Positions 19,551 through 29,350 of a DNA stretch of 64,000 nucleotides are shown here, in pieces. The notes beneath the pieces are model-generated. The model was given only the letters and a program-made list of their open reading frames with translations, was not told where the DNA came from and did not search any database. The DNA lies in NCBI RefSeq assembly GCF_039541115.1, contig NZ_BAABFP010000005.1, positions 248,001 through 312,000 on the forward strand. The letters are read 5' to 3'. Each line of letters opens with the position of its first letter. Positions within the stretch are counted from its first letter, which is position 1. The position numbers were made by a program, and so were the translations under genes. The DNA comes from Angustibacter luteus (lineage in GTDB: Bacteria > Actinomycetota > Actinomycetes > Actinomycetales > Angustibacteraceae).

Positions 19551-20624
19551 ATGCAGCTGCCCGTGATGCCGCCCGTCCCGCCGATGCTGGCCAAGCCGGC
19601 CAAGCAGATCCCCGGTGGGGCCATGAGCTACGAGCCGAAGTGGGACGGGTTCCGGTCGATCATCTTCCGCGACGGTGACGAGGTCGAGATCGGCAGCCGC
19701 AACGAGAAGCCGATGACCCGCTACTTCCCCGAGCTCGTCGAGGCCGTGCGGCAGAACCTGCCTGAGCGCTGCGTCGTGGACGGCGAGATCATCGTGGTCG
19801 GTGAGTCCGGCGACCGGCTCGACTTCGAGGCGCTGCAGCAGCGGATCCACCCTGCCGTGAGCCGGGTGACGATGCTCTCGCAGAAGACCCCCGCCCGGTT
19901 CGTGGCGTTCGACCTGCTCGCGCTCGGTGACCAGGACTGGACGTCGCGCCCGTTCGTCGAGCGGCGCGCCGCCCTGGTCGAGGCGCTGGCCGGGGCGCAG
20001 CCTCCGATCCACCTGACGGCCGCGACCACCGACCCGGGCACGGCGGAGCAGTGGTTCCACCAGTTCGAGGGCGCTGGGCTCGACGGGTTGGTCGCCAAGC
20101 CGCTCGACGGCACGTACCGGCCGGACAAGCGCACCATGACCAAGATCAAGCACGAGCGGACCGCGGACGTCGTGGTGGCCGGCTACCGGGTGCACAAGAG
20201 CGGGCCGGACGCGATCGGCTCGCTGCTGCTCGGCCTCTACGGTCCGGACGGCATCCTGGCCAGCGTCGGCGTCATCGGGGCGTTCCCGATGGCCCGCCGG
20301 CGCGAGCTGCTCACCGAGCTGCAACCGCTGGTCACGACGTTCGACGACCACCCCTGGGCGTGGGCAAAGCAAGAGGAGGGCACCCGGACTCCGCGCAACG
20401 CCGAGGGCAGCCGGTGGGCCGCCGGCAAGGACCTGACCTTCGTCCCGCTGAGACCAGAGCTCGTCGTCGAGGTGCGGTACGACCACATGGAGGGCATCCG
20501 GTTCCGGCACACCGCGCAGTTCGTGCGCTGGCGGCCCGACCGTGAGCCGACCTCGTGCGGGTACGACCAGCTCGAGGAGCCGGTCAGCTTCGACCTCACG
20601 GACGTCCTCGGCGCCCGTGGTTAG
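19551..20624 (+). CDS. ligC: ATP-dependent DNA ligase LigC
   Basis: PMLAK, EPKWDGFR, DGEI, AFDLL, DGLVAK, KIKHERTAD and RFRH...RWRPDR motifs; no accessory domains. Confidence 0.92.
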   Translation: MQLPVMPPVPPMLAKPAKQIPGGAMSYEPKWDGFRSIIFRDGDEVEIGSRNEKPMTRYFPELVEAVRQNLPERCVVDGEIIVVGESGDRLDFEALQQRIHPAVSRVTMLSQKTPARFVAFDLLALGDQDWTSRPFVERRAALVEALAGAQPPIHLTAATTDPGTAEQWFHQFEGAGLDGLVAKPLDGTYRPDKRTMTKIKHERTADVVVAGYRVHKSGPDAIGSLLLGLYGPDGILASVGVIGAFPMARRRELLTELQPLVTTFDDHPWAWAKQEEGTRTPRNAEGSRWAAGKDLTFVPLRPELVVEVRYDHMEGIRFRHTAQFVRWRPDREPTSCGYDQLEEPVSFDLTDVLGARG

Positions 20625-20676
20625 CGCGCCCGGGGTCAGGGCGTGCACTGCCAGGCACTCGTGGCAGGATCCCGCC

Positions 20677-21066
20677 ATGCCGTCATGGGGGTGGAAGCCG
20701 CTCGCCGCGCTGCTGGCGACGTCCGGGGCGCTGCACTTCGCCCGTCCGCGTCCCTTCGAGAGCATCGTGCCCCGCCAGCTCGGTGACCCGGGGCCGTGGG
20801 TCGCCGTGTCCGGAGCCGCCGAGCTGGCCTGCGCGGCCGGGCTGGCGCTGCCCAGGACCCGCCGCTGGGCCGGGCTGGCCACCGCCGCCCTCTTCGTCGG
20901 GGTGTTCCCGGCCAACGTGCAGATGGCCGTCACGGCGCAGCGCAGCGCGCGGGCCAGCCGCGGCTACCGCGCCGGCACGCTCGCACGGCTGCCGCTGCAG
21001 GCACCGCTGGTGGCCTGGGCCCTGGCCATCGCGCGGACCCCGCGGCCCGACGAGCCCGGTCGATGA
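20677..21066 (+). CDS. DoxX-like membrane protein
   Basis: G.LHF..P..F..IVP, SG.AEL, VFPANVQMA and RLPLQ motifs. Confidence 0.8.
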   Translation: MPSWGWKPLAALLATSGALHFARPRPFESIVPRQLGDPGPWVAVSGAAELACAAGLALPRTRRWAGLATAALFVGVFPANVQMAVTAQRSARASRGYRAGTLARLPLQAPLVAWALAIARTPRPDEPGR

Positions 21067-22286
21067 CGTCGCGTGCCCGCCGGCTCGGACGGACCGGCCT
21101 CGCGCTGGCGGCTCTCGCCACCGCCGCCGCCGCCGCGGTAGGGGCGCTCGCGACGTACTTCACCCGCAAGGTGGTCACGCCGGACCACGTGAAGCCGGAC
21201 GACGTCGAGGTGCTGGACGTCGACCTCGTCGCGCAACCACCCACGATCACCCTGGCCCGGACGCCGGAGACGCAGGTCCAGGGACGGTACGGCCTCTGGT
21301 GGGACCACCGCGGTGGCCACGCGCGCCTGGGCGAGGTCCTGCAGATGGACGACCAGTCCGTGGTCCGCCACCTGCTCGCGGTCGAGGAGGGCACGCCCCA
21401 GCCCGGGCCGGCCCGGTGGAACCAGTACTACTTCAGTGGGCCGCCCGCTGCCAGCCTCGGTCTGGCCCACCAGGACGTCGAGTTCGACACGGACCTCGGT
21501 CCCATGCCCGCGTGGTTCGTCCCGAGCGAGCTCGGTCCGTCGGCTGAGCGCGGCACCTGGGCCGTCCTGGTGCACGGGCGGGGCGCGACGCGCGAGGAGT
21601 GCCTGCGTGCTGTCCCGCCGCTGCACGCCCTCGGGCTCCCCGTGCTCGTCCCCTCCTACCGCAACGACCTCGACGCTCCCAGCGACCCCAGCGGGCGGTA
21701 CCACCTGGGCGACAGCGAGTGGCGCGACGTCGAGGCCGCCGTGCTGTGGGCGCTCGCCCGCGGTGCCCGTGACGTCGTCCTGGTCGGGTGGTCGATGGGT
21801 GGCTCGATCGTGCTGCAGGCCGCCACCCGCTCCTGGGTCTGTGACCGCGTCCGGGCCGTCGTCCTGGACGCGCCGGTGGTGGACTGGCACGACGTGCTCG
21901 AGCACCAGTCCCGGGTGAACCGGCTGCCCAGCGCGATCGGGCGGCTCGGTTACCCCCTCCTCCGGCACCCGTGGGGGCGTCGCCTCGTCGGTCTCGAGCA
22001 CCCGCTCGACCTGCACCGGCTCGACTGGGTCACGCGGGCCGCCGAGCTGCGGCTGCCCATCCTGCTCATCCACAGCGACGACGACGAGTTCGTCCCCAAC
22101 GGCCCCTCCCGCGCCCTGGCCCGGGCCCGCCCCGACCTCGTCCGGGTGGAGCCCTGGCACGAGGCCCGGCACACCAAGGAGTGGAACACCGATCCCGAAC
22201 GGTGGGACCGCGTGGTCACCCGGTTCGTCCGCGAGCAGCTCGCGCACCCGCAGGCGGTGGCGGTCAGCGACGCGTCCACCGGGTGA
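21063..22286 (+). CDS. Alpha/beta hydrolase with N-terminal membrane anchor
   Basis: VLVHGRG, SYRND, GWSMGG nucleophile elbow, HS.DD..VP and HTKEWN motifs. Confidence 0.85.
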   Translation: MTSRARRLGRTGLALAALATAAAAAVGALATYFTRKVVTPDHVKPDDVEVLDVDLVAQPPTITLARTPETQVQGRYGLWWDHRGGHARLGEVLQMDDQSVVRHLLAVEEGTPQPGPARWNQYYFSGPPAASLGLAHQDVEFDTDLGPMPAWFVPSELGPSAERGTWAVLVHGRGATREECLRAVPPLHALGLPVLVPSYRNDLDAPSDPSGRYHLGDSEWRDVEAAVLWALARGARDVVLVGWSMGGSIVLQAATRSWVCDRVRAVVLDAPVVDWHDVLEHQSRVNRLPSAIGRLGYPLLRHPWGRRLVGLEHPLDLHRLDWVTRAAELRLPILLIHSDDDEFVPNGPSRALARARPDLVRVEPWHEARHTKEWNTDPERWDRVVTRFVREQLAHPQAVAVSDASTG

Positions 22287-22995
22287 GCAGGGAGCCGTCC
22301 GAGCGCAGCGCGTGCGCCAGGTGCATGCGGGTCCGCAACGGTGCCCCGGCCGAGATGCGCGGTCCGTGCCCGCCGACCAGCAGCGGTGCGACGGTCAGGC
22401 AGAGCTCGTCGACCAGCTCGGCGCGCGCCAGGTCGTTCATCAGCTGCGGGCCCCCTTCGCAGAGGATCCGCCGCAGTCCCCGGCCGGCCAGGCTCTCCGT
22501 CGCGGAGACGAGGTCGACGCTGCCCCGCCCGGACTGCAGGACGTTCGCCGCGCCGATCCTTCCGGTCAGCGCGGCGAGCGACTGCGGGTCCGCGTCCTCG
22601 GTGGTCAGCACCAGGAGGCCGCCCGCCTCCGGGACGTCGTCCAGGACCTTCTCGGGCAGCTCCAGCGAGCGGCTGACCAGCACCAGCAGCGGGTGGTGCG
22701 CGAGCCCGTTCGCCTCGCGCACCGCGCTCCAGGCATCGGGCGTGCCCAGCCGGCCGTAGCCCTCGTCCCGCGCGGTGCCGGCCCCGATCAGCACGGTGTC
22801 GCACAGCGCCCGGAGCGCCGCGAACACCCGGTGGTCGGCGTCGTCGTTGATGCTGCCGGACCGGCCGTCGTCGCCGGTGGCCGAGCCGTCCAGGCTCGAC
22901 ACGAAGTTGGCTCGCACGACCGCCCGCTCGCCCGAGCCCGGGTAGGCGTAGAGGTCGGCCAGCTCGTCGTCGCTCAGCTCGTCGATGTGCTGCAC
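22264..22995 (-). CDS. Pyrimidine reductase (RibD C-terminal domain) family protein
   Basis: ANFVSSLDG, IGAGTAR.EGY, LCEGGP and VDELCLT motifs. GTG 22995 lies 7 nt after CAGACT. Confidence 0.85.
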   Translation of the reverse strand: MQHIDELSDDELADLYAYPGSGERAVVRANFVSSLDGSATGDDGRSGSINDDADHRVFAALRALCDTVLIGAGTARDEGYGRLGTPDAWSAVREANGLAHHPLLVLVSRSLELPEKVLDDVPEAGGLLVLTTEDADPQSLAALTGRIGAANVLQSGRGSVDLVSATESLAGRGLRRILCEGGPQLMNDLARAELVDELCLTVAPLLVGGHGPRISAGAPLRTRMHLAHALRSDGSLLTRWTRR

Positions 22996-23035
22996 CCGGC
23001 CGAGTCTGCCAGCGGGCAGGACGTAGGGTCGTGCC

Positions 23036-24058
23036 GTGACGGGACGACTCGCCGATCGTGACCCACGTCCCGATCCGCAGCGGTTGATGGACGAGCTCGT
23101 CCCCCCGCCGCACTTCACCTCGGTGACCTTCGACTCCTACCGACCCGACCCCGGTCAGCCCAGCCAGGCCGCCGCGGTGGCCCGGCTACGCCAGTTCGCC
23201 GACGACCTCGGCCGCACCGGACGGTCGGGACGGTCGGGACGGTCGTTGCTGCGGCGAGCCCCACGGGCGAGCGGTCCGTCGGGGATCTACCTGGACGGCG
23301 GCTTCGGCGTCGGCAAGACCCACCTGCTCGCCGCACTCTGGCACCAGGCACCGGGGCCGAAGACGTTCGGCACGTTCGTCGAGCTCACCCACCTCGTCGG
23401 GGCGTTGGGATTCGGGCCGGCGGTGGAGCGGCTGTCGACGCGGCGGCTGGTGTGCATCGACGAGTTCGAGCTCGACGACCCGGGGGACACGGTGCTGATG
23501 TCCACGCTGCTGACCCGCCTGGTGCAGGCGGGCGTGCGGGTGGCGGCGACGTCCAACACGCTGCCCGACGCCTTGGGGGAGGGGCGCTTCGCGGCCGAGG
23601 ACTTCCTGCGCGAGATCCAGGCGCTGTCGGCGCACTTCGAGGTCCTGCGGGTGGACGGCGAGGACTACCGGCACCGCGGGCTCACCCGAGCGCCGGACCC
23701 ATTGAGCGAGAACGCGTTGCGCGGCTGGGTGGGCGCCGACGACACCCGCACCTACGACGCGTTCGACGACCTCTGCACCCACCTGGCAGCGGTGCACCCG
23801 AGCCGGTACGGCGCCCTCGTGGACGGCGTCGCGGGGGTCGCGGTCGCCGGGCTGCACCCGGTGAGCGACCAGAACGTGGCGCTGCGGCTCGTCGTCCTCG
23901 CCGACCGGCTCTACGACCGGGACGTCCCCGTCGCCGTCTCCGGCAGTGCGGTCGACGAGCTGTTCACCGCGGAGCTGCTCGCGGGCGGCTACCGCAAGAA
24001 GTACCTGCGGGCGCTGTCCCGGCTCACGGCGTTGGCGCGCTCGGCTGCGCAACCCTGA
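23036..24058 (+). CDS. zapE: Cell division AFG1-family ATPase ZapE
   Basis: YLDGGFGVGKTHLL Walker A, CIDEFELDDPGD Walker B and DGEDYRHR. Confidence 0.9.
   Translation: MTGRLADRDPRPDPQRLMDELVPPPHFTSVTFDSYRPDPGQPSQAAAVARLRQFADDLGRTGRSGRSGRSLLRRAPRASGPSGIYLDGGFGVGKTHLLAALWHQAPGPKTFGTFVELTHLVGALGFGPAVERLSTRRLVCIDEFELDDPGDTVLMSTLLTRLVQAGVRVAATSNTLPDALGEGRFAAEDFLREIQALSAHFEVLRVDGEDYRHRGLTRAPDPLSENALRGWVGADDTRTYDAFDDLCTHLAAVHPSRYGALVDGVAGVAVAGLHPVSDQNVALRLVVLADRLYDRDVPVAVSGSAVDELFTAELLAGGYRKKYLRALSRLTALARSAAQP
23219..23245 (+). repeat. In-frame 9-bp tandem repeat (GGACGGTCG x3) encoding GRS x3 in ZapE
   Basis: Read directly from the sequence. Confidence 0.85.
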
Positions 24059-25811
24059 CGACCGCGACCGCGTGCGGGCCGAGCTCGACCGTCGACTCGT
24101 GCAGGGTCGTGGTCGCTGGGTCCCAGACGGCCACCGCGTCCAGCGGCTCGGCGTCCACCGGGACGTGCTGCCCGTGCTCGGCGAGGTTGCAGACGACGCG
24201 CAGGTCGCCTCGGCGCACGCACAGCCACCAGGCGTCCTCGTCGTACTCCACCTGGACCCCGGTCAGCCGACCGTCACGCAGCGCAGGTTCCTTGCGCCGC
24301 AACGAGATGAGGTCGTGGTACCAGTCGAGCATCCGGGCGTGGTCGCCGTGCCGCATCTCGTCCCAGCGCAGCACCGAGCGGTCCCTGGTGGCCCGGTCCT
24401 GCGGGTCCGGCACCTGCTCGGCGGACCAGCCGTGCTCGGCGAACTCGCGGCGCCGGCCGTCCCGGACCGCGCCGGCCAGCTCGACGTCGGGGAACTCCGT
24501 GAAGTACAGCCACGGCGTGGACGCGGCCCACTCCTCACCCATGAACAGCATCGGGGTGAACGCCGAGGTCATCACCACCGCCGCCCCGATGGCCTGCTGC
24601 CCGGGCGTGAGCAGCGCGCCGATCCGCTCGCCGACCGCGCGGTTGCCGATCTGGTCGTGGGTCTGCAGGTAGCCCAGGAACCGGCGCCCGTCGTGCTTCT
24701 CGGGGTCGACCGGGTGGCCCCAGTCCTGACCGCGGAAGGACGACCACCCGCCGTCGTGCCGGAACACCCGCGTCAGGCAGTGCGCGAGGACCGGCAGCGA
24801 CCCGAAGTCCCCGTAGTACCCCTGCCGCTCACCCGTCAGGGTCGCGTGCAGCGCGTGGTGCAGGTCGTCGCTCCACTGCGCGTCCATGCCGAGCCCGTCG
24901 TCGGTCGTCGCCGAGACCGTGCGGGGGTCGTTCAGGTCGCTCTCCGCGATCAGCTCGAGCGGGCGCCCCAGCGCGTGGGACAGGATCCGCGTCTCGTCGG
25001 AGAGCTGGGCGAGCACGTGCGTGGGGGAGTCGTCGCGCAGCTCGTGCACGGCGTCCAGTCGCAGCAGGTCGACGTGGAAGTCCCGGAACCAGCGCAGCGC
25101 GTTGTCGATCAGCCAGCGGCGTACCGCCATGTTGCCCTGGCCGTCCAGGTTGAGCCCCTGGCCCCACGGCGTGTGGTGGTCGTCGGTGAAGTACGGGCCG
25201 AACCTGGCCAGGTAGTTGCCGCTCGGGCCGAGGTGGTTGTAGACGACGTCCAGTCCCACGGCCATGCCGCGGCCGTGGCAGGCGTCGACGAAGCGCTGCA
25301 GCGCCTCCGGTCCGCCGTAGGCCTCGTGCACCGCGTACGGGTGCACGCCGTCGTAACCCCAGCCGGACTGCCCGTCGAACGCGGCGACCGGGAGCAGCTC
25401 CACGACGTCCACGCCGAGCCCGGCCAGGTGGTCCAGGTGCTCGACCGCGGCGTCCAGCGTCCCCTCGTACGTGAAGGTGCCGACGTGCAGCTCGTAGACG
25501 ACGCCGCCCAGGACGCCCTTGCCGCAGCGCGTCCCGCGCCACGCGTCGTCGTGCCACGTGTAGTGCTCGGGGTCGAAGACCCGGCTCGGTCCGTGCACGC
25601 CGTCCGGCTGCCACGCGCTGCGCGGGTCGGGGGTCAGCGGTCCGCCGTCCACCGTGAACCCGTAGTCCGTGCCGTGCTCGCCCCAGGGGCCGTCGTAGCG
25701 CCACCAGCCGCCCTCCGAGCGCACCAGCGGGAGGGTGACGGGATCCGTCTGCGGGTCGGTGACGAGGTCGACGCGTCCGGCATGCGGCGCCCAGACGGCG
25801 TAGCGGTGCAT
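24024..25811 (-). CDS. treZ: Malto-oligosyltrehalose trehalohydrolase
   Basis: YELHVGTF, WGYDGV, DVVYNHLGP, LRLDAVH, IAESDLND and HDQIGNRA motifs. Confidence 0.95.
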   Translation of the reverse strand: MHRYAVWAPHAGRVDLVTDPQTDPVTLPLVRSEGGWWRYDGPWGEHGTDYGFTVDGGPLTPDPRSAWQPDGVHGPSRVFDPEHYTWHDDAWRGTRCGKGVLGGVVYELHVGTFTYEGTLDAAVEHLDHLAGLGVDVVELLPVAAFDGQSGWGYDGVHPYAVHEAYGGPEALQRFVDACHGRGMAVGLDVVYNHLGPSGNYLARFGPYFTDDHHTPWGQGLNLDGQGNMAVRRWLIDNALRWFRDFHVDLLRLDAVHELRDDSPTHVLAQLSDETRILSHALGRPLELIAESDLNDPRTVSATTDDGLGMDAQWSDDLHHALHATLTGERQGYYGDFGSLPVLAHCLTRVFRHDGGWSSFRGQDWGHPVDPEKHDGRRFLGYLQTHDQIGNRAVGERIGALLTPGQQAIGAAVVMTSAFTPMLFMGEEWAASTPWLYFTEFPDVELAGAVRDGRRREFAEHGWSAEQVPDPQDRATRDRSVLRWDEMRHGDHARMLDWYHDLISLRRKEPALRDGRLTGVQVEYDEDAWWLCVRRGDLRVVCNLAEHGQHVPVDAEPLDAVAVWDPATTTLHESTVELGPHAVAVVRVAQPSAPTP

Positions 25812-25876
25812 GGGTCCGAGCCTGTCACAGCAGCGTCCGCCTGGCCCACTTGGGTGCGCCCTGCCATGATCGGCCG

Positions 25877-26827
25877 ATGTCGAGCCGAAAGCAGCAGGTC
25901 GCGCCCCGCAAGAAGGACGTCAAGGAGGCTGCCGCGCTGCGCAAGGCGCTCACGTCGGCCGAGCAGGCGGTCGAGGACGAGATCCAGTCGACGGACCCGC
26001 GCGTCGACCAGCTGCTCCGCGTCGACCAGGGCTTCCGGCTGGCGGACGTCGACCCGCGGGCGACGCCGGGGTTCGCCGGCGGGAAGCCGGCCGGGCGCGC
26101 CGCGCTGGCGGCCGGCGTCGACCAGTTCTCCCAGCTGCAGGAGCGGCTGTTCGCGGAGAGCCGGGGCGGCGGTCGGCGATCGCTGCTGCTGGTCGTCCAG
26201 GGGATGGACACGTCCGGCAAGGGCGGCATCGTCCGGCACGTCGTCGGTGCGGCCGACCCGCAAGGTGTCCGGCACACCGCCTTCAAGGCGCCGACCAAGG
26301 ACGAGCGGGCCAAGGGCTTCCTGTGGCGGATCCGGCGGGCGCTGCCAGAGGCCGGAGAGATCGGCGTCTTCGACCGCTCGCACTACGAGGACGTGCTCAT
26401 CGCTCGGGTGCACGAGCTGGTGCCCCGGGCGACCTGGTCGAAGCGCTACGCGACCATCAACGACTTCGAGCGGCGGCTGGTCGAGCGCGGCACGACGGTG
26501 GTCAAGGTGATGATGCACGTCTCCCGGGACGAGCAGAAGGAGCGGCTGGCCGAACGGCTGGAGCGCCCCGACAAGTACTGGAAGTACAACCCCACCGACA
26601 TCGACGAGCGCGAGCACTGGGACGCCTACCAGGAGGCGTACCAGGTCGCCCTGACGCGCTGCTCGACGCAGGCGGTGCCGTGGTTCGTCGTCCCGGCCGA
26701 CCGCAAGTGGTACGCCCGCTGGGCCGTCCAGCAGCTGCTGATCCAGCACCTGGAGCGGATCGACCCGCAGTGGCCGCCGGCGGACTTCGACGTGGACGTC
26801 GAGAAGGGCCGGCTGGCCGCCAGCTGA
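25877..26827 (+). CDS. ppk2: Polyphosphate kinase 2 family (probably class III) polyphosphate:nucleotide phosphotransferase
   Basis: QGMDTSGKGG, FKAPT, FDRSHYEDVL, WKYNP.D and VPADRKW motifs. Confidence 0.92.
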   Translation: MSSRKQQVAPRKKDVKEAAALRKALTSAEQAVEDEIQSTDPRVDQLLRVDQGFRLADVDPRATPGFAGGKPAGRAALAAGVDQFSQLQERLFAESRGGGRRSLLLVVQGMDTSGKGGIVRHVVGAADPQGVRHTAFKAPTKDERAKGFLWRIRRALPEAGEIGVFDRSHYEDVLIARVHELVPRATWSKRYATINDFERRLVERGTTVVKVMMHVSRDEQKERLAERLERPDKYWKYNPTDIDEREHWDAYQEAYQVALTRCSTQAVPWFVVPADRKWYARWAVQQLLIQHLERIDPQWPPADFDVDVEKGRLAAS

Positions 26828-26838
26828 CCGCAGGTCCG

Positions 26839-26880
26839 GGACGCTAGGTCCGGACGCTAGGTCCGGACGCTAGGTCCGGA
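26839..26880. repeat. 13-bp tandem repeat GGACGCTAGGTCC x3 at the convergent ends of ppk2 and treY
   Basis: Units at 26839, 26852 and 26865; the third contains the treY stop codon. Confidence 0.9.
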
Positions 26881-29350
26881 TCAGCAGAGCGACGGGGAGC
26901 GGGTCGAGCAGCTCGGACAACGCCACCGCCCCACCGTCGACCTCGCGCCCGGTGAGCTCGTCGCGCCAGCGGCCCTCCGGCACGCTCACCGTGTGCGCCC
27001 GCCACCCCCCGTACGCGGCCAGCGACTCCGTGAGCCGGGTCGCCACCGCGACGACCTGCACGGACTCGCCCGGGCCACGGCCGAAGGCCAGCGCGTTGCC
27101 GGTGCTCGTGCCCAGCGGCGCATAGCTGGCCTCGGGCCCCACGAACCAGGCCGGGTTGTCCCGGCGCAGCCGCAGCGCCCGGGAGGTGACCAGCAGCTTC
27201 TCGTCGTCGAGGTCCTGCGGCGCGGCGCCCGAGTCGAGGCGCTGCAACCGCTGCACCCGGTCGAGGTAGTCGACCGGGCGGCGGTTGTCGGGGTCGACGA
27301 GGGACTGGTCCACCAGCTCGGTGCCCTGGTAGACGTCCGGGACGCCGGGCGCGAGCAGCTGCAGCAGCTTCTGGCCGAGCACGCCGACGCGGAACCCGTC
27401 GTGCGTCGCGGCGGCCCAGGCGGCCAGCGGCTCCAGCACGGTCTCGTCGCCGAGCACGCCGTCCACGAAGTCGTGCAGCGCGCTCTCGTAGACCTCGTCG
27501 GGCGACGTCCAGCTGGTGTGCGTCTTGGCCTCGCGCACGGCCTTCTCGACGTACCCGTGCAGCCGCTCGGCGCCGATCGGGCCGTCGGACGCCGACCAGG
27601 TGCCGACGAGGGTCTGCCAGACCAGGTACTCGGTCGCGCCGTCGAGCGGGGCCTGGCGCAGCCCGGCGGACCGCTCGTGCAGGGTCCGCACCGTGCTGGC
27701 CCACTCGGCGGGTCGCTCGGAGAGCACGGCCAACCGCGCCCGCACGTCCTCGGACCGCTTGGTGTCGTGGGTGGACAGCGTGGTCATGGACGTCGGCCAG
27801 GTCCGCTGGAGCCGGCCGAGGAACGCGTGCAGCTCCTCGGTCGCGACGCCGAAGTGCTCGGGGTCGCCGCCGACCTCGTTCAGCCCGACCAGCCGGAACC
27901 AGCGGTAGAACGCGGTGTCCTCGATGCCCTTGGCCATCACCGGGCCGCAGGTCTGCTGGAACCGGACGACGAGCTCGGCCCGCCGGGGGTCGGACCGGGT
28001 CGGCGCCGGGCCGAGCCCCAGCACGAGGTCGCGCACCACGTCGAGGGTGTCGTGCTCGTGCTCGGGCAGGTGCGCCCGCGCCCGGCCGACGGCCGCGTCC
28101 AGCACGGCGACGGACTCGGGCAGCGGGTCCGCGCCGGTGTCGGTGTCGGTGGGGACGACGTACGCGCGGTAGCGGTCCATCGCGACCAGCAGCTCGGTGA
28201 CCGCGTCGTGCAGGCCGCGGCGGGTGTGGTCGCGCAGGTGCACGTCGTCGTGGCAGATGCCGGCGAGCAGCTCGACCAGCCGGTGCACCTCGGCGTACTG
28301 CCCGCCGGCCACGACCTCGCGCTTGGCCTGCTCGACGACGGCGTCCAGCCCGGTGGCGTCGCCGGTGAGCTCACCCAGCAGCGCCGACAGCGGAGCGGCG
28401 CCGGCGGGATCCACGAACACGCCGCCGATCCGCTGCAGCACGTCGTAGCCGGTGGTGCCGGCGGTCCGCCAGTCCCGCGGCAGCCGCTCGTCGCCCTCCA
28501 GGATCTTCTCGACCACGACCCAGGCGTCGCCGGTCGCGTCGGCGAGCTGGGACAGGTAGCCGGCCGGGTCGGCCAGACCGTCGGGGTGGTCGATCCGCAG
28601 GCCGTCGACCGCGCCGGAGGCCACCAGGTCGAGCAGCAACCGGTGGGTTGCCTCGAAGACCTCGGGACGCTCCACCCGCACCGCGGCGAGCGTGTCGACG
28701 TCGAAGAACCGCCGGTAGTTCAGCTCCTCGTCGGCGACCCGCCAGTGCGCGAGCCGGTACCACTGCCGGTCGACGAGCTCGGCCAGCGGCAGGTCCGCGG
28801 TCCCGGGGCGCAGCGGGAACTGGTGGTCGTAGTAGCGCAGCACGAGCTCGTCGCCGTCCGGCCCGCCCGTCGGGTCGAGGGACAGCTCACCGGCGTCCAG
28901 CACCTGGCCGATCCGCTGCCCGAGCACGGGCATCAGCACGGCCCGGTCGGGCACCGACCAGTCGACGTCGAACCAGGTGGCGTACGGCGAGCCCGGGCCG
29001 TCCCGCAGCACGGACCACAGCTGGGCGTTCAGGTACGCGGGGGTCGGGACCGCCATGTGGTTCGGGACGACGTCCACGACCGTGCCGAGGCCGTGACCCT
29101 GCAGGCCCGCGCTGAGCCGGTCGAACGCCGCCCGGCCGCCGGCCGCCTCGTTGAGCCGGGAGTGGTCGACCACGTCGTAGCCGTGGGTCGACCCCGGCGC
29201 AGGCTGCAGGATCGGCGACAGGTAGGCGTGCGAGACGCCCAGCCGGGCCAGGTACCCGGCCTGCTCGGCCGCCGCGTCGAAGCCGAAGCCCGCATGCACC
29301 TGCAGGCGGTACGTGGACGTCGGCACCGGGCGAGCGGTGGACTCGCTCAC
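26870..29350 (-). CDS. treY: Malto-oligosyltrehalose synthase
   Basis: STYRLQ, GSTHGYDV, DVVPNHM, NYRRFF, GLRIDHPDGL, STHDTKRSED and SLVDPDNRRPVD motifs. GTGA overlap with glgX. Confidence 0.96.
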   Translation of the reverse strand: MSESTARPVPTSTYRLQVHAGFGFDAAAEQAGYLARLGVSHAYLSPILQPAPGSTHGYDVVDHSRLNEAAGGRAAFDRLSAGLQGHGLGTVVDVVPNHMAVPTPAYLNAQLWSVLRDGPGSPYATWFDVDWSVPDRAVLMPVLGQRIGQVLDAGELSLDPTGGPDGDELVLRYYDHQFPLRPGTADLPLAELVDRQWYRLAHWRVADEELNYRRFFDVDTLAAVRVERPEVFEATHRLLLDLVASGAVDGLRIDHPDGLADPAGYLSQLADATGDAWVVVEKILEGDERLPRDWRTAGTTGYDVLQRIGGVFVDPAGAAPLSALLGELTGDATGLDAVVEQAKREVVAGGQYAEVHRLVELLAGICHDDVHLRDHTRRGLHDAVTELLVAMDRYRAYVVPTDTDTGADPLPESVAVLDAAVGRARAHLPEHEHDTLDVVRDLVLGLGPAPTRSDPRRAELVVRFQQTCGPVMAKGIEDTAFYRWFRLVGLNEVGGDPEHFGVATEELHAFLGRLQRTWPTSMTTLSTHDTKRSEDVRARLAVLSERPAEWASTVRTLHERSAGLRQAPLDGATEYLVWQTLVGTWSASDGPIGAERLHGYVEKAVREAKTHTSWTSPDEVYESALHDFVDGVLGDETVLEPLAAWAAATHDGFRVGVLGQKLLQLLAPGVPDVYQGTELVDQSLVDPDNRRPVDYLDRVQRLQRLDSGAAPQDLDDEKLLVTSRALRLRRDNPAWFVGPEASYAPLGTSTGNALAFGRGPGESVQVVAVATRLTESLAAYGGWRAHTVSVPEGRWRDELTGREVDGGAVALSELLDPLPVALLIRT

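Noticed and set aside
16477..20624. Complete Ku-LigD NHEJ system
   Set aside because: No Ku and no multidomain LigD; the architecture fits Prim-PolC/LigC.
26839..26880. Short direct repeats as a CRISPR array
   Set aside because: 13-bp units with no spacers and no cas genes.
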